From: Felis catus | Taxonomy: Eukaryota | Length of the DNA: 64,000 bases | Reading direction: 5' to 3' | Assembly (NCBI RefSeq): GCF_018350175.1 | Contig: NC_058368.1 | Location: 104,534,001 to 104,598,000, forward strand | Part shown: positions 24,177 to 36,570 of the stretch, piece by piece | Numbering within the stretch: the stretch's first letter is position 1 | How the letters are laid out: each line of letters begins with the position of its first letter | Notes under the pieces: generated by a model | What the model was told of the DNA's origin: nothing | The model's database searches: none | The model's input: the letters and a program-made list of their open reading frames with translations, nothing else | Translations under genes and position numbers: made by a program

Positions 24177-25344
24177 GTGTCTGTGAGAGGGTTATCACGC
24201 AACTAAAGGAGATAATTTTTGCATGGAGTCCCTGCCTATGTCCTAACTAAATGACCACTGTCACTGTCATGCAGCTATTCGGTGAATATTGTCTCCCTTC
24301 TCTTCCTCACTCAGGAGGCTGTCATTTCCCAGGATTCCTCAGCCATGCTCCGGTGATACCTGTTTGAAATCGGACTTCAGGCCAGCTGGTTCCTTCTCGT
24401 GTGGCTAAGACGATGCAGCCACCTCACCCTGTTTATGGAACGGTAAGCCACCTCTTCCCAAGGTATTCCCGTTCTGTATTTTTCCCGCTGGCTTTTCTCG
24501 GTCCTCGCTCAAGGAGACAGCACCTCCTCTGGGATAGGCTGCAGAGTAGGTGAATCCACCTTGTTCTTGCCCTTCACAGTCTATGAGGGAAGGGTTTTCT
24601 GCCAGTGGCGGGGATAGCTGTAAAGACAGAGTGAGGATATCTGTTGCTCTGCTGGTGCTGTTCTGTGTTTCTGCCCTTTTCTTCTTTGACGTCAAGTGCT
24701 GGGATACCTAATGTCTCCATATTCCGTGCAAAGTCGAAGTAGATGCTACCTCAGGAATAAACACAAACACCTGTGGTGTTGTAGGTCTGGCTTCGGGGCC
24801 AAGTAAATTAGCACAGCCCCGTAGTCACAGCATTTGCCCCAATTCCAGACAGAAAGGGTTGATGACTCACAGGCCTGCTGACCTGATGGCCTCACGTCCA
24901 TGCCGTCATCTGGGAAGGCTGCCTGTGCTGCCCACTGCTCTCCTCCTGGGCCCACAAGGGAAGAGCTGCTGTGGTGACAGCATAGCACATGAAACCTGGG
25001 CTGGGGGACAGGGCTCTTTCTAAGATAGTTAGGAGGTAAGAGATTCTTCACGCATTGAATTCAAAAGGGTTCTCTTTCCTCTGTGAGTTAAGTTTGCTGA
25101 CTGCAGTCATTTGTGTAGTCATTTCTTTGACCGGCATTTAGCACATGCCCACCAAGTGCAAACCACTGACGTGCTCTCTGAGGAGCATGATAATTACAGT
25201 AACAATAATACTAATAAATGTTTTATTTTGTCATAACCACCGGTCTAGGCCCTTTATGTATTACTGTGGATTTTGTTGGTAACATTTTTGAATGTATGCT
25301 ACTGTTACAGGAACTATGCTAAGCAGCTCACCTGCACTTTATTT

Positions 25345-25551
25345 CTTCAAAAAAAATTTTTTTTTAATGTTTATTTTTGAGACAGAGACAGAGGGACAGA
25401 GTGAGAGAGGAGGAGGGGCAGAGAGAGATGGAGACGTAAATTTCCGAAGCAGGCTCCAGGCTCTGAGCTGTCAGCACAGAGCCCGACGCGGGTCTAGGAC
25501 TCACGAGCTGTGAGATCATGACCTGAGCCGACTGAGCCACCCAGGTGCCCC
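25345..25551 (-). mobile_element. SINEC_Fc-type SINE within a MIR
   Basis: Canonical body with a short internal deletion; TSD tgc(a/c)ctttatttctt. Confidence 0.9.
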
Positions 25552-26884
25552 GTGCCCTTTATTTCTTAAAGTGACTTCCTGAGGAGGGTACTCTGAATCA
25601 CATTTCACAGATGGGAAAGCTGAGGTTCAGATAATGCTGAAAGTCACATGGCTGTTAAATGCTAAAGTCAGTTGTAACAGTTACGTTGTTCTCATCCCAA
25701 AGTCTATTCTTATTCAGTTGCCCATAAAGATAGTTGAGAAGGAAACGTTCTATAATAATTGAGGTCCCTTGTGCCCTGCACTTGGAAATCATTCTCAGCG
25801 GAAACGTTCTTCTTATAAACAACGTTAGCTTTATGTGACCAAATCATGTGTCTGGTGTGATTTTCAGACTCTTGCCCTGGGTGCTGAAATATCTATCGCA
25901 CACCCTGAAAGCAGCTCTTTATCAACATTTGAGAGCTGTTCCTTTGGGTGAAGGCTGTGCCCAATGGGGGAATGTTGATTCCATTATGTCCCTTGCACCT
26001 TCCTGTCAGTGTGTTGATCATGTCATATTCTCTTTGGGAGTGCTCTAGAGTTCAAGTTGCCTTGAAACATGAAAGCAGGGAGAGCCAGAGCCATGGTATG
26101 TGTGAAGGTATGAGAGGTGTGCACCCCTCTGGGGATGAGCAGGCAGTGAGGTCCAAACCTGAGAGACTGACTGGTTTGTGTGGTTGGAGCTGGGGGACTT
26201 CCTGAAGCTCAAGGCAGCTCTCTTTCCAAATCCATCTAATCTCCAGCTGGATGATGGCTTAGATAGAGACATTAGGGAGTAGGCAGAGCCAGGCTGCTTT
26301 GGGAATGAGATAAAACTCCATTTCTCTGGAATTTATACCTAATCATGGTCATATCTGCCTATGTGCAGCCCATTTGAATGGAAATATGTTTCTGTTTAAC
26401 CCAACTACAACCCACTGCTAACTAATAACTAATATTAATATCATGACCATTTACAAAACACTTTTATAGGTTATCATCTCATTTGGTTATTCCGGCAAAT
26501 TCTGGGGTGCATATTTTCTTTCCCTTTCCCTCTGGGGGAACTGAGACTCACATAGTGAAGTGATTTGCCCAGGGTCACCGAGCCGGGCAGTGGGACATGT
26601 GTGGAGAAGCATACCTCATCTTTGGGCAAGGCCACGATCCTTTGGCCATATCAACCCGCCTCCTTGACCACACACTCATTACCCTTATGGAACCTGAGAA
26701 TGCTGGGCTCCCAAATCACGGACCAGTTTCAATAAACAAAAAGGCTGACCTAAGTCTTTTTACTCCTTATGGGTACTCACCGTCTGTCTGAAGCCCAAAT
26801 GATGGAAACACTCTCACCGGGGATGACTTTCAAGGATGTGCGAGTGGTTGAGAGCCAGCTGTGCTGCTGAATGCATTACCAGAC

Positions 26885-27283
26885 AATGTCTGGGCTCTGG
26901 CCAGATTCCTCAGATTCCTTTTTACTGTTTGTGCATGCTGGTGGGTTTGGTGTGATTTGCTTTCAGTGGCCAGGCTTGTGGCTTTCTTTTTTTTTTTTTT
27001 TTTTTTCTCCTCAGGGAATGGCCCTGACCAACAGGTATGGGAGTGCCTCTGGTCGGCCTGGATGACTGTGAGGTGTAGCTTACACCCTGGAGCTCCCTGG
27101 TGGCATCAGGTGAAGTCAGCTGTCTCTGGGTCTTTACCTGAGATCGCACCTTTGCCTGACTTGCTGCTAGCCAGTCCGGCTTCCCTCACCCCCATCAGTG
27201 TTCTCTTAGAGACCTTTCTTGCCAGAACCTTTGCACATGAGTCCTTGTCTCCTACTTTGCTTCGAGGGAGCCTGGACTAAACA
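26885..27283 (+). mobile_element. LTR16-like ERVL solo LTR
   Basis: 3' end ctttgcacatgagtccttgtctc...tgcttcgagggagcctggactaaaca resembles recalled LTR16. Confidence 0.6.
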
Positions 27284-27464
27284 TAAAGAAGTATGTTCCA
27301 GAATCTTCTGCTTGCCCTAGTTTTGTGTTTATTTCCGTGTGTTTGACTAAGGAGTTTCAAAGTTCATCACTTGTCTGACCTTCAGTTATTTAAAATCGCT
27401 GAGGCTCTTTTTGAATCTCTAAAATGAGGGATAATAACACCTCTCCAGGCCATGGTAGGAATTT

Positions 27465-27709
27465 AAATTTTTTTTTTTAATTTTTAAATGTTTATTTATT
27501 CTTGAGAGAAAGAGAGAGAGAGAGAGAGATTGAGAGAGAGATATCGTGAGCAGGGAAGGAACAGCGAGAGAGCGAGACAGAATCTGAAGCAGGCTCCAGG
27601 CTCCAAGCTGTCAGCACAGAGCCAGATACGGGGCTCGAACTCACGAACTGTGAGATCATGAGCCCGGCTGAAGTCGGACTCTCAACCAGCTGAGCCACCA
27701 AGGCGCCCC
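27465..27709 (-). mobile_element. SINEC_Fc-type SINE followed by a second SINE tail fragment (27710-27760)
   Basis: Canonical body; adjacent tttaatgtttatttttgagagaaagagagagacagag fragment. Confidence 0.92.
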
Positions 27710-28640
27710 TAATTTTGTTTTTTTAATGTTTATTTTTGAGAGAAAGAGAGAGACAGAGATAAGGTAGGTAAAGCACTTGACATAATGTTCGTAGGTGGTG
27801 TTTGGGTATTATTTCCTATTCTAATATTTTGTGTGGAAATCTTTCTAGTGGCATTCTGGGAAACATGGCCAGGAGAATGAGTCACAGTCACAGAATAATT
27901 CTACCATAGCACAGCCTGGTATCTCTGTGAATTTCATAGACTCATAGACAAAAGCCGTTTATGGCATGTAATCCGGTGTCTCAGGGCTTAGCAGATACCG
28001 ATTGCAAATGCAGTCACATCAGATTAAGCCCCAAATGTCAATAGCAGTGAGCAGACCCCCATTTGACTGGCTTCTTATTGACTCAAGGAAGCCCTACCTT
28101 TATAGACTGTGCCCCTCACCCCCCGCCCCGCCTCCACGGGGTGATCACGTCCGTCCACAATTCTTCCTCAGCACTTTTTGCGGAGCCTCGACTTGGAGCT
28201 TTATGTCCCATCCTTTCCAGAGTTGCTGATCCCAGCCCTGCCACTCCGTTCTCGTTGGCACGGCTGCTGCTAGTGAAGATGGAGAGAGCCCCCCCAAGGA
28301 ATGTCATTTTCAAAATGGTGCAGAACTGCTTCCCGCAAGGCCTGACATCCTCCTCATTGTGGTTTCTGTGAGTGCAAGAGGATCTTTCTTTTGTATTTTT
28401 TTGCGCTCTGCTGGGATTGGCCGTGCGATGCCGTGATTGCTGATGGAGTGCTTACAGCTGCAGAGGGCAGTGCCCGGACTCTGCAGTGGCCAGGCTCAAT
28501 GATATAATATGCATAGGTGCTGGTAAAGCTGAAACCCACTGCCCTGAGTTGGATAAATCAGGAGTATCGTTACTGCGCCTCAAGGTCAGGGAACCTGATG
28601 GCTGCCACAGCTGATGGGCACCAGAAGAAGAGAACTCTTT

Positions 28641-28674
<34 letters not shown>

Positions 28675-28764
28675 GGGCGGAGGAGGTGGAGTGAGATGCG
28701 TGGGTGGGGAACAAGAAAAAGTGACAAAGGATCTATAGTGATTTCACCAGCATTTTAATATATT

Positions 28765-28995
28765 TTCTTAAAAATTATTTTTTTAAATGTTTATTTTTGA
28801 GAGAGACAGAGTGTGAGCGGGGCAGGGACAGAGAGAAACGGAGACACAAGATCCTAAACAGGCTCCAGGCTCTGGGCTGTCAGCACAGAGCCCAACGGGG
28901 CGGGGTGTGGGGGTGTGGGGCTTGAACTAATGAATCATGAGATCACGACCTAAGCAAAGTCAGATGCTTAACCGACTGAGTCACCCAAGCGCCCC
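28765..28995 (-). mobile_element. SINEC with a G-rich internal expansion
   Basis: Canonical body; ggggcggggtgtgggggtgtgggg at ~28897-28920; TSD ttaatatattttc. Confidence 0.92.
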
Positions 28996-31251
28996 TTAAT
29001 ATATTTTCAATTAACACCCAGAACGTTTTTCTCCTCAGGACAAATCTCAGGTGGCAATAAGTTCTGGAATCTGCCATCATGTATAACCATAATCACTTCA
29101 CCCCTCCAAATTCCAGCCCTGTTGCTGGGTCTTATAGCACAGATAAAGCAATTACTGTATAAAACCACAAGTGACTGTGGCAGCTTCAGCTTGTAAGGAA
29201 GTAGCATCATTTCTCTCTGGAGTAAATAGCCTTTTATTTAGCAAAGATGAGGCCCCCAGGGCATGATTTGGGAGGAGGCATTGAAACAAAGAGATAGCTA
29301 AGCCAATCAGCATAAAAAATAAATACGGGTTTTGTGGAGGGAAGGGGTGGGAGAGCTGAGAAAGAAGAAGGAACCAGGAGAAATCAGGCATTAACCCAGA
29401 GTGCACTGCGAGACCACAACCTGTTAGACCATCACCAGTGGCCAGATGATGTTCAAAGACAAGATTAAGGTTGTTCTGTGTTTGTGTTTTGTTTTACTGC
29501 TTGCTCGGTGCTGCTAGGTAATGGCCTGAGGTAAAGCCTGTGCCCCGTGGTGTTTCTGGGAAATCAAGAGAAAGAGTTTGCTCCAGATCGGAGAACTAGA
29601 ATGCAGAGCGAATAGAGCAGCCTGGAGAGACTGAGAACTTCACTGGGGAAGGGAGAAATCAGAAGGGGAGCCTTTGGAGACTCACGGAGATATTTTGGAA
29701 GAGACTGGGTTTCCATTAACCACGAGATGGGCAGAGTGTCAGCCAATTTTATGTAATTCTCAGGAACAAGGTGACCTCAAGTGATATCTGGATAGCAACC
29801 TAAGTACCCCCTCTTGCTGTCTTTTATCCACCTCAGCCCATCAAACTTGGCTGTGTGTGTCTGAATCCCACTGGTTTCTAGGTTTTAGCCCTCTCCAGAA
29901 GCCCCGCAGATCCCGAATAAGTCACTGGATACAAATGGCTAAGTGGGAGGAAAATGTGTGTAATTGATGTGGTGAACAAGCAAAACTCGTAGGGGGTAAT
30001 CAGAGCCAATTTATTCCCCCCCCCCACCCCCCAAACAGTGCATAAAATTTTTAGGTTGTCAAACATAATCTATATTCAGAAAGTCCAGCCTATAAAATAT
30101 CAACACTCCAACCTTCACTTGAGGTCCAATCTTCTCCCTCCCCCAGTTACACTACTGGTTGGTGGGGAGAAGGGGGGCAGAGACTGGGCAGAGGTGGAGA
30201 ACAGGAGCTAGAATGTGTTTCTGCCCTTCTAGGGCCAGAATATAATAACAGAAGAAGGAGAGGTGAAGGAGAGGTGGGGAGCAGAAAAGGTCTCACGTGA
30301 CTCAAACTCTCTCATGGGTTTGTGGTCTGTGGGCCTGACAGCTTTGATTCTTTGGAGAGTCCCGTCCCTGGAGACCTTTCATCTGAAGCTCCATTGACCC
30401 AAGTAAAGGCATTTCCATTACGGCCAATTGCTCACTCCTTCTGTATCCTCCAGATATCCGGCAATATCTTTAGCTTCTCTCCACTGGGGCCTGTGTCCCC
30501 CTTTGGGAACTCTTTTGGGACAGGACCAAAGCTGTCCTGTCAAATTCACTTTTGATACAACCCACTTCTGCCCGTGGGAAACGTTTGCCCCTTTTCCCCT
30601 TGACAAACTCTGAGAGTGTAGGCTGCCTCGTGCAGCCACTTATTTTTTGACTTCTTTGTCAGCTTGTTTTACGTTTGAAGTGAGAGACAGATAGCCGCTC
30701 GTGTGTTCTCCAACTGTAGTCCTGTTAAAATCCTGTCAGCAGGCTGCAGATGAGCAACACATATTCCCCACCCTTCTAAAATGGCAGAACACAAAGGCTG
30801 CATCACCCTGTGCTCTTCAAAGGAAACCTCTTTCCCCAAGTCTGCTGAGCCCAGCTGTTTTTATGCCCTTTATATAAATGAAGAGTCTAAGAGATGTCTC
30901 ACCCAATCTTGTCACCAACTCTGAAGTTTCTGCATGGAAATAGAAAACAATTTGGATTGTAGCATGTCGACTATGTGCTCTAGCTGATATGTTCCCTCTG
31001 ATGCACCTTGGCTTCTCTTTGTAATCGGACGTTCAGTTGGGCCATCAGACATGGTGGTTTATATCTGGATTCCAATAGTATGATGGTTCAAGTTTTGTCT
31101 TTTTCCCTCGGGAGATTCTTCAATCCCAGTGACAATAAGGGGATACAGATGGTTAAAGGGAGGAAGGCTTTTTCCTCAGTCCATTTCCTGGAAGCATCTG
31201 TGGCTAAGTACCTGTCTTACTAAGCCTCCTTCTTACAATTAAGAAATGGCT

Positions 31252-31691
31252 GGGGAGCCTGGGTGGCTCTGTCAGTTAAGTGTCCGACTCTTGATTTCGA
31301 ATCAGGTCATGATCTCACGGTTCAGGAGTTTGAGCCTACATCTGACTTCATGCTGACAGTGTGGAGCCTCCTTGGGATTCTCTCTCTGCCCCTCCCCTGT
31401 GCACTCTCTCTCTCTCAAAATAAATCAATGAACTTAAAAAAGACGGGCGCCTGGTGGCCCAGTTGGTTAAGTGACCAACTTTGGCTTAGGTCATGATCTC
31501 ACTACTTGTGAGTTTAATCCTCGCAATCAAGCTCTGTGCTGACAGCTCAGAGCCAGGAGCCTGCTTTGGATTTCGTCTCCGTCTCTCTGCCCCTCCCCTG
31601 CTCGCACTCCGTCTGTCTGTCTGTCTCTCTCTCAAATATAAAATAAAAAACAAACCAAAACCAAAACCAAAACCAAAACCAAACAAACTAA
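31252..31691 (+). mobile_element. Head-to-tail SINEC dimer
   Basis: SINE 31252-31442 and SINE 31445-31691 inside a single TSD pair aagaaatggct (31241, 31692). Confidence 0.9.
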
Positions 31692-32989
31692 AAGAAATGG
31701 CTAATGGTTCTCCTTTTTGACTCTTAGTAGAAGGGCAGCACATACTGAAGTTAAGGTACATTAGGATGTTTGTATCTGATTGGGTTTTAAAATGTTTTTC
31801 TAAGTATGGTATCATGAACCTTCCATGTTACTATCCAGCAGAGTACAGAGAAATACTGTAAAGCTTTGTAAGCATAGAGCAAGGCAGAAAGTGGTTTTTA
31901 CTTCTCGCTCGCTCTTCTCTTCTTCCTACTTGGAAAATACACCTTGATTTTCATTTGCGCTGAGCTTTTCTTATACAAAGTAGTGGCCTTCATTTTGAAA
32001 TTTGGAACTCGTTGTGACGCTTGGCTTAGAAGCTGTGTTCTGAAATCGGTGAAAGTTACATCAAATTACAGATTTAGCTTGTGCAGTGCGGTTGCCGGAG
32101 AACCCGGAGAAGTACACTCAGAAATAGAGCCTACGCTTTGGACCCTAAGTGTCCCCTGAGATGTAGCTCTCCTAAATTGGCCTACTAGGTGGAGATTAAT
32201 GAGGAAGGTGGTGTGTGTATGTGTGTGTGAATGTACCGTTGACTCACCCAATCAGTTTCAGTGAGGTAATACAGAGAAGGCAGAAGAAGCAGCTACGAGG
32301 GAGAAAAGTGGACAATGGGCACAGATAAACTCCTGCTCCATTCAGCCGTGCAAATTAGAACATAATACTAATTTTCTTAAAAAGGTCAGGCAGACAGTTT
32401 AGTAAAACAAACACCCGACAAAATCCTCCCTGCCATCTGCTTAGAGTCTGAGGCCTTGTTTAGTTTTACCTCCCCTTGTTATTAGCCACATGACCCTAGG
32501 TTATTTACAACCTCTCTGGGCATCCCGTTTCTGCCTCTCTGAAATGGAGGCAAACCTATCTGTCATGCCGAACGAAGTCTCATGTAAAGGGTCCACTGTT
32601 CATGAAGTTCCCCGCGCCCTGCACAGGGGGGCCTTGCCGTGAGGCATTATGGTCGAGTGACAGTTGACGTGATGGAGATCTGGAGATCTGGCGCTGGGAC
32701 TTCAGGGTCTTGAATCAGGTTTTCAATTTCAATTTGAACATGTGCCCACTGGCTGTATTGACACAGCAGAAAGCCAAGGGCAGATTTGACAATGATTTGT
32801 TTAATTTGATTGATGTGGATCGCAGAAGTGGGCCATTCGGTCTGCAGAATAGCTAGGCTGTAATGATCTGATATTGGCTGTCTACATTCATCAACCTAAG
32901 TGGGTAATTAGCAAAACACCATTTGACTTTGTGATGTATAGACAGTAATTGTGACTGTTTCCCAATTAAAAATCTCATCCAAAGTCGTG

Positions 32990-33900
32990 ACTTTGGTTGT
33001 CACATCTGTGCAGATGATTTCCAAATTTGTTCCTACCTCCATCTCTGAATTCTTTCTTAAAAGACTTTTATTTTTCCAGCACAGCCATCAGGCATCTTCT
33101 ACACACACATTTTCTCTCATACATCTGCCCTTCTTCTATAATCCTCATTTCAGCAGTTCCCACCATGGTCGAGGTGAACTCTGACGTCTCCCTACCCCAC
33201 ACCTTCCACATTCTATTAGTGCCAGATTCTATCAGTTCTATGAAGTATCTTCAAATCCTCCCCCTCCTCTGTTAATTCTACAGCCCTGCTATCCTACAAC
33301 TTCATCCAGGCCCCACCTATGGTGACAAACCCTGTAATTGGCCTTCCTTTTCCTCATTCCAATCCATCCTATACATTAATGCTCTCATCTTCCTTTTCTT
33401 CTGCTCCACAAATCCCTGGGGGATTCTCCTTGCCTGTAGGATGGAGCCCGTATTCTTCCAACTGGCGTCCTAAGCATGGCAAGGCCTGGCTCCAACCTGT
33501 CTTTCCAACTTCATCTTGTCTTACTCACCTTCATGCACACTTCTGAGCAATAGATCCCTAGTTCCCTGCCCTGACTCATGCCCTCCTAGCTGCTCTCCTG
33601 TCTCACACAAGTTTTTTTCTGGAAGCTTGCTCCCCTCATTCAGCTCCCTAAACACCACTCTAAGGGCGACCTAATCTTCAAGAGCCGTTTAGGTGCCACT
33701 TCCTCACTGCCCTCCTTTAGGCTTTTTGTCCCTGTTCTGTACTCCACTACATGGTAACAAGACTTGTCCTACTTCCTCCTCTCTAGACTGTGAGTTCCTC
33801 CAGGGCAGGCTTTGTAACTAGTCATCTCTGTATTCAACAGGGTCTCCATATCTTGCATATAATGGTTGCTTCTTAAATAACCATTGAATAGATGAATGTC
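32990..33900 (+). mobile_element. L2 relic (3' region)
   Basis: Pyrimidine-rich L2 body ending ctagactgtgagttcctccagggcagg...ttgaatagatgaatg. Confidence 0.7.
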
Positions 33901-34447
33901 TATAAAGGAAGCAAGCTTTCCAGTCTATTTGTTTCTACTTTCTTGTGCGGAAAGCAACCACTTATTTGAATATTGGAAACTCATGTGTTTGGAATATTTT
34001 CCTCTGGGAATGCTCAGTATGTTCCTATGGCTGTCTTCTTTCTGATGATGTGGGTCCTTTATCAGTGGTATGTGGCACTAATTATAGGGAAGAGGAAAGG
34101 AAATTCTAGAAAGTAGTTCACTGAAGAGGAAAATGAGCATAAAAATTCTTACTGTAAGTGGAATAAATAATATGTTTGCTGAGAAGGACATCTTGAAAGG
34201 CAACATTTTCTATTTTAAGAGAAATAATAATAACTTTAAAAAGTAACATCTTAGTATTTTTTTTAGGAGAAACTGAATTTGTAAGAACTGTAGAATAATC
34301 AAATCATTGAGAAATTGAGCTGGACTTTGCCTAGAATTCGGTAGCCACTGGGTTTGACAGGAGAGGGAAAAATGGCTGTTGGGCTTGAGAAAAGGACTAA
34401 TGGAGACAAATTACAGGAATGGTAATCATTTTAACGGAACTTTGGAG

Positions 34448-35125
34448 TGATGAGCGTTCTGAGCTGATGGCCAAGAAAGAATTCTTTGGTGCAAAAAGGT
34501 GATTTTATTAATACACGGGGACAAGACCCATGGGCAGAAAGAGTGGCACTGGGATTATGAAGACTGACTGATTATATACCTGGGAGTTGGAGGTAAAGTC
34601 AAAAGGGAGGCCTCCAGAAGGACTTTCATATGCTAAAGAAGACTAATAAGATCCCAGAGGCCTTGCTATTGTCAAGCTTAGGTTGTTTTTCCTCTAGTAA
34701 GGTATTAACTTTAGGCCAGTAGGAGGTTCCTGGAGAAGTAGTCTGTATTTGCCACAAGTATTTGTCAATGGGCTGCAGGTTATAAGGAAATTTTATTTTA
34801 CCTGCCCTTTCCTTCTTGCCTTCATTCCCACATCACTATGGAGGGGAGGGTGAGATTAGGGCTCCAGGAAACTGAGTCTATAGGTTTCTGGAGATTAGAC
34901 TACTGAGAAGATTGCCTATTTCTTGTAATTTACTAAGACATTTGTAAACTGATGGAGATTCAGGTCCTACATGACTGTGATCTCTATCAGTTAACCATTT
35001 GTTTTCTTTTCTTTCCTTTGTTCTTGGGCAGCCAGGAGTCCCTGAGGAATATCACACATATCTCACCTGGTGGGGGTGGGGGGAGGTGTTTGCAGCCTGT
35101 CAGCTTGCCTTATGTTCCCACATCA
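34448..35125 (-). mobile_element. Carnivore ERV solo LTR (CarLTR-like)
   Basis: TGATG...CATCA inverted termini; minus-strand AATAAA at ~34504-34509; tgatgagcgttctgagctgatggccaagaaagaattct matches a recalled carnivore LTR. Confidence 0.7.
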
Positions 35126-35595
35126 CCCATTACATTGGGGAACACAGTGAAAGAGAATATGGGCAAACCCAAGCAGTCATTTTAATGCAAAGGATAGTGT
35201 GAAGGATGGGGTGAGATTTGAGGATGGAGGCAGGATTTCATTGGGACACATTTTGTGGGAATAAAATAAAGTGAACATTTAATGGTTTATTCTTAGGCTC
35301 AACAAAAAGCCCCAACTCATTAAAATGTTCCACACTGAGATCTCTCCAGGGAATCTGAGTTGGAGCTTTCTGATGGTACAATGGGATTGGTGACGGTGAC
35401 TGAAGGTGGTCCTGATAAGGGTCTTTGCTTAACATACTACTTTACACACAGTAGCTGTTAGGTTAAATGCTGTTGGGTTAAAAACCAGTATTAACTATTA
35501 AATATTCACAAAGGTTCAGATGTATATCTGCCTAGAGGCAAGAGAATGAGCTCTATGTACAGTCATTATATGCTTCAGATTTTCCAGAACATCTA

Positions 35596-35735
35596 TTTTT
35601 TTTTTTTTTTAAGTAGGTCCCACTCCCAGCGTGGAGCCCATGGTGGGGCTTGAACTCAAGGCTTGAACCTTTAGATCAAAACCTGAGCTGAGCTAAGAGT
35701 TGGATGATCAACTGACTGAGCCACCCAGGCACCCC
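35596..35735 (-). mobile_element. Short SINEC
   Basis: poly(T) + gcgtggagccc...ctgactgagccacccaggcacccc; TSD gaacatctat. Confidence 0.9.
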
Positions 35736-36099
35736 TGGAACATCTATGGTTTTAAGTAATTTTGCTATTTTCAATACATGTTTAAATGTAAGACCAAAGT
35801 TTTGTGACAAAGTTCAGGACTCAGAGAAAAGCTCTGTTGGACATTTGGTGCAGAAAATGTGGAGATTGTAATTGTGGGGGGGGTCTATTGAGGTCCCTTC
35901 TGTTGGGGGAATTGATTCAGTTATAACTGATTTTATTGTCTTACAGATACTTTGTAAATTGAGATTGGGTTTGTTGGCCATACTAGGGCTAAAACTTATT
36001 TCAGGCTCTCCCCACCTCTCTTGTGTCCTCCCCACTTACTAAAATGCAAGGGCTCAGGTTAACAAGGAAATCAGAGTGTCAAGAGGAAGATCACGTAAA

Positions 36100-36570
36100 G
36101 GTCAGCATTTCCCTATTCCCACTTTCATTTGCTCCCCAGTCTCCTGAAGGTGCCCTTGTCAAGGTCCCCACCACCTCCAAGTGGCTGGATCCATTGGCCG
36201 CCTTTTACTCTGTATCTTCTCTGACTGGTCAGCAGTATTTGGCACAATTGACGTTACCTCCTCCTTGAACTATTTCTCCCATTTGGCTTTCAGAACGCTT
36301 GTCTCCTCCTACCTCACTGGCTGATTTCCTCAGTCTCTGTTGCTGGATCATCATCTTCTCCGCCGCCCTGAAACATCAGTGAGTCCCGCAGCTCAGGCCT
36401 TAGACCCCTTCTCTAGCTATACTTACTCTCACTTTCATGACTCAGAAACCATCTACTGACTGATGACTCCATAATGTATATCTCCAATCCCATTGTCTTC
36501 CTCAACTTCTGCCTTGTGTAAGCAGCTGACTGCCCCACATCTCCACTTGGATCTTTAATAGATATGTCAC
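36100..36570 (+). mobile_element. L2 relic
   Basis: cttgtcaaggtcccc...cagcagtatttggcacaattgac...ctccttgaa...ctcctacctcactggctg...catctccacttggat. Confidence 0.75.

Larger units (their letters stand above)
23350..24255 (+). mobile_element. MIR relic split by a SINEC and an MLT1B-like LTR
   Basis: MIR core ttcaaatcctgcctcctccatttactggctatgt at 23404-23437; resumes after 24177 (gagggttatcacgcaactaaaggagataa). Confidence 0.6.

Noticed and set aside
26861..27280. 139-aa hydrophobic ORF
   Set aside because: Lies in an LTR16-like element and its poly-Phe comes from a T homopolymer
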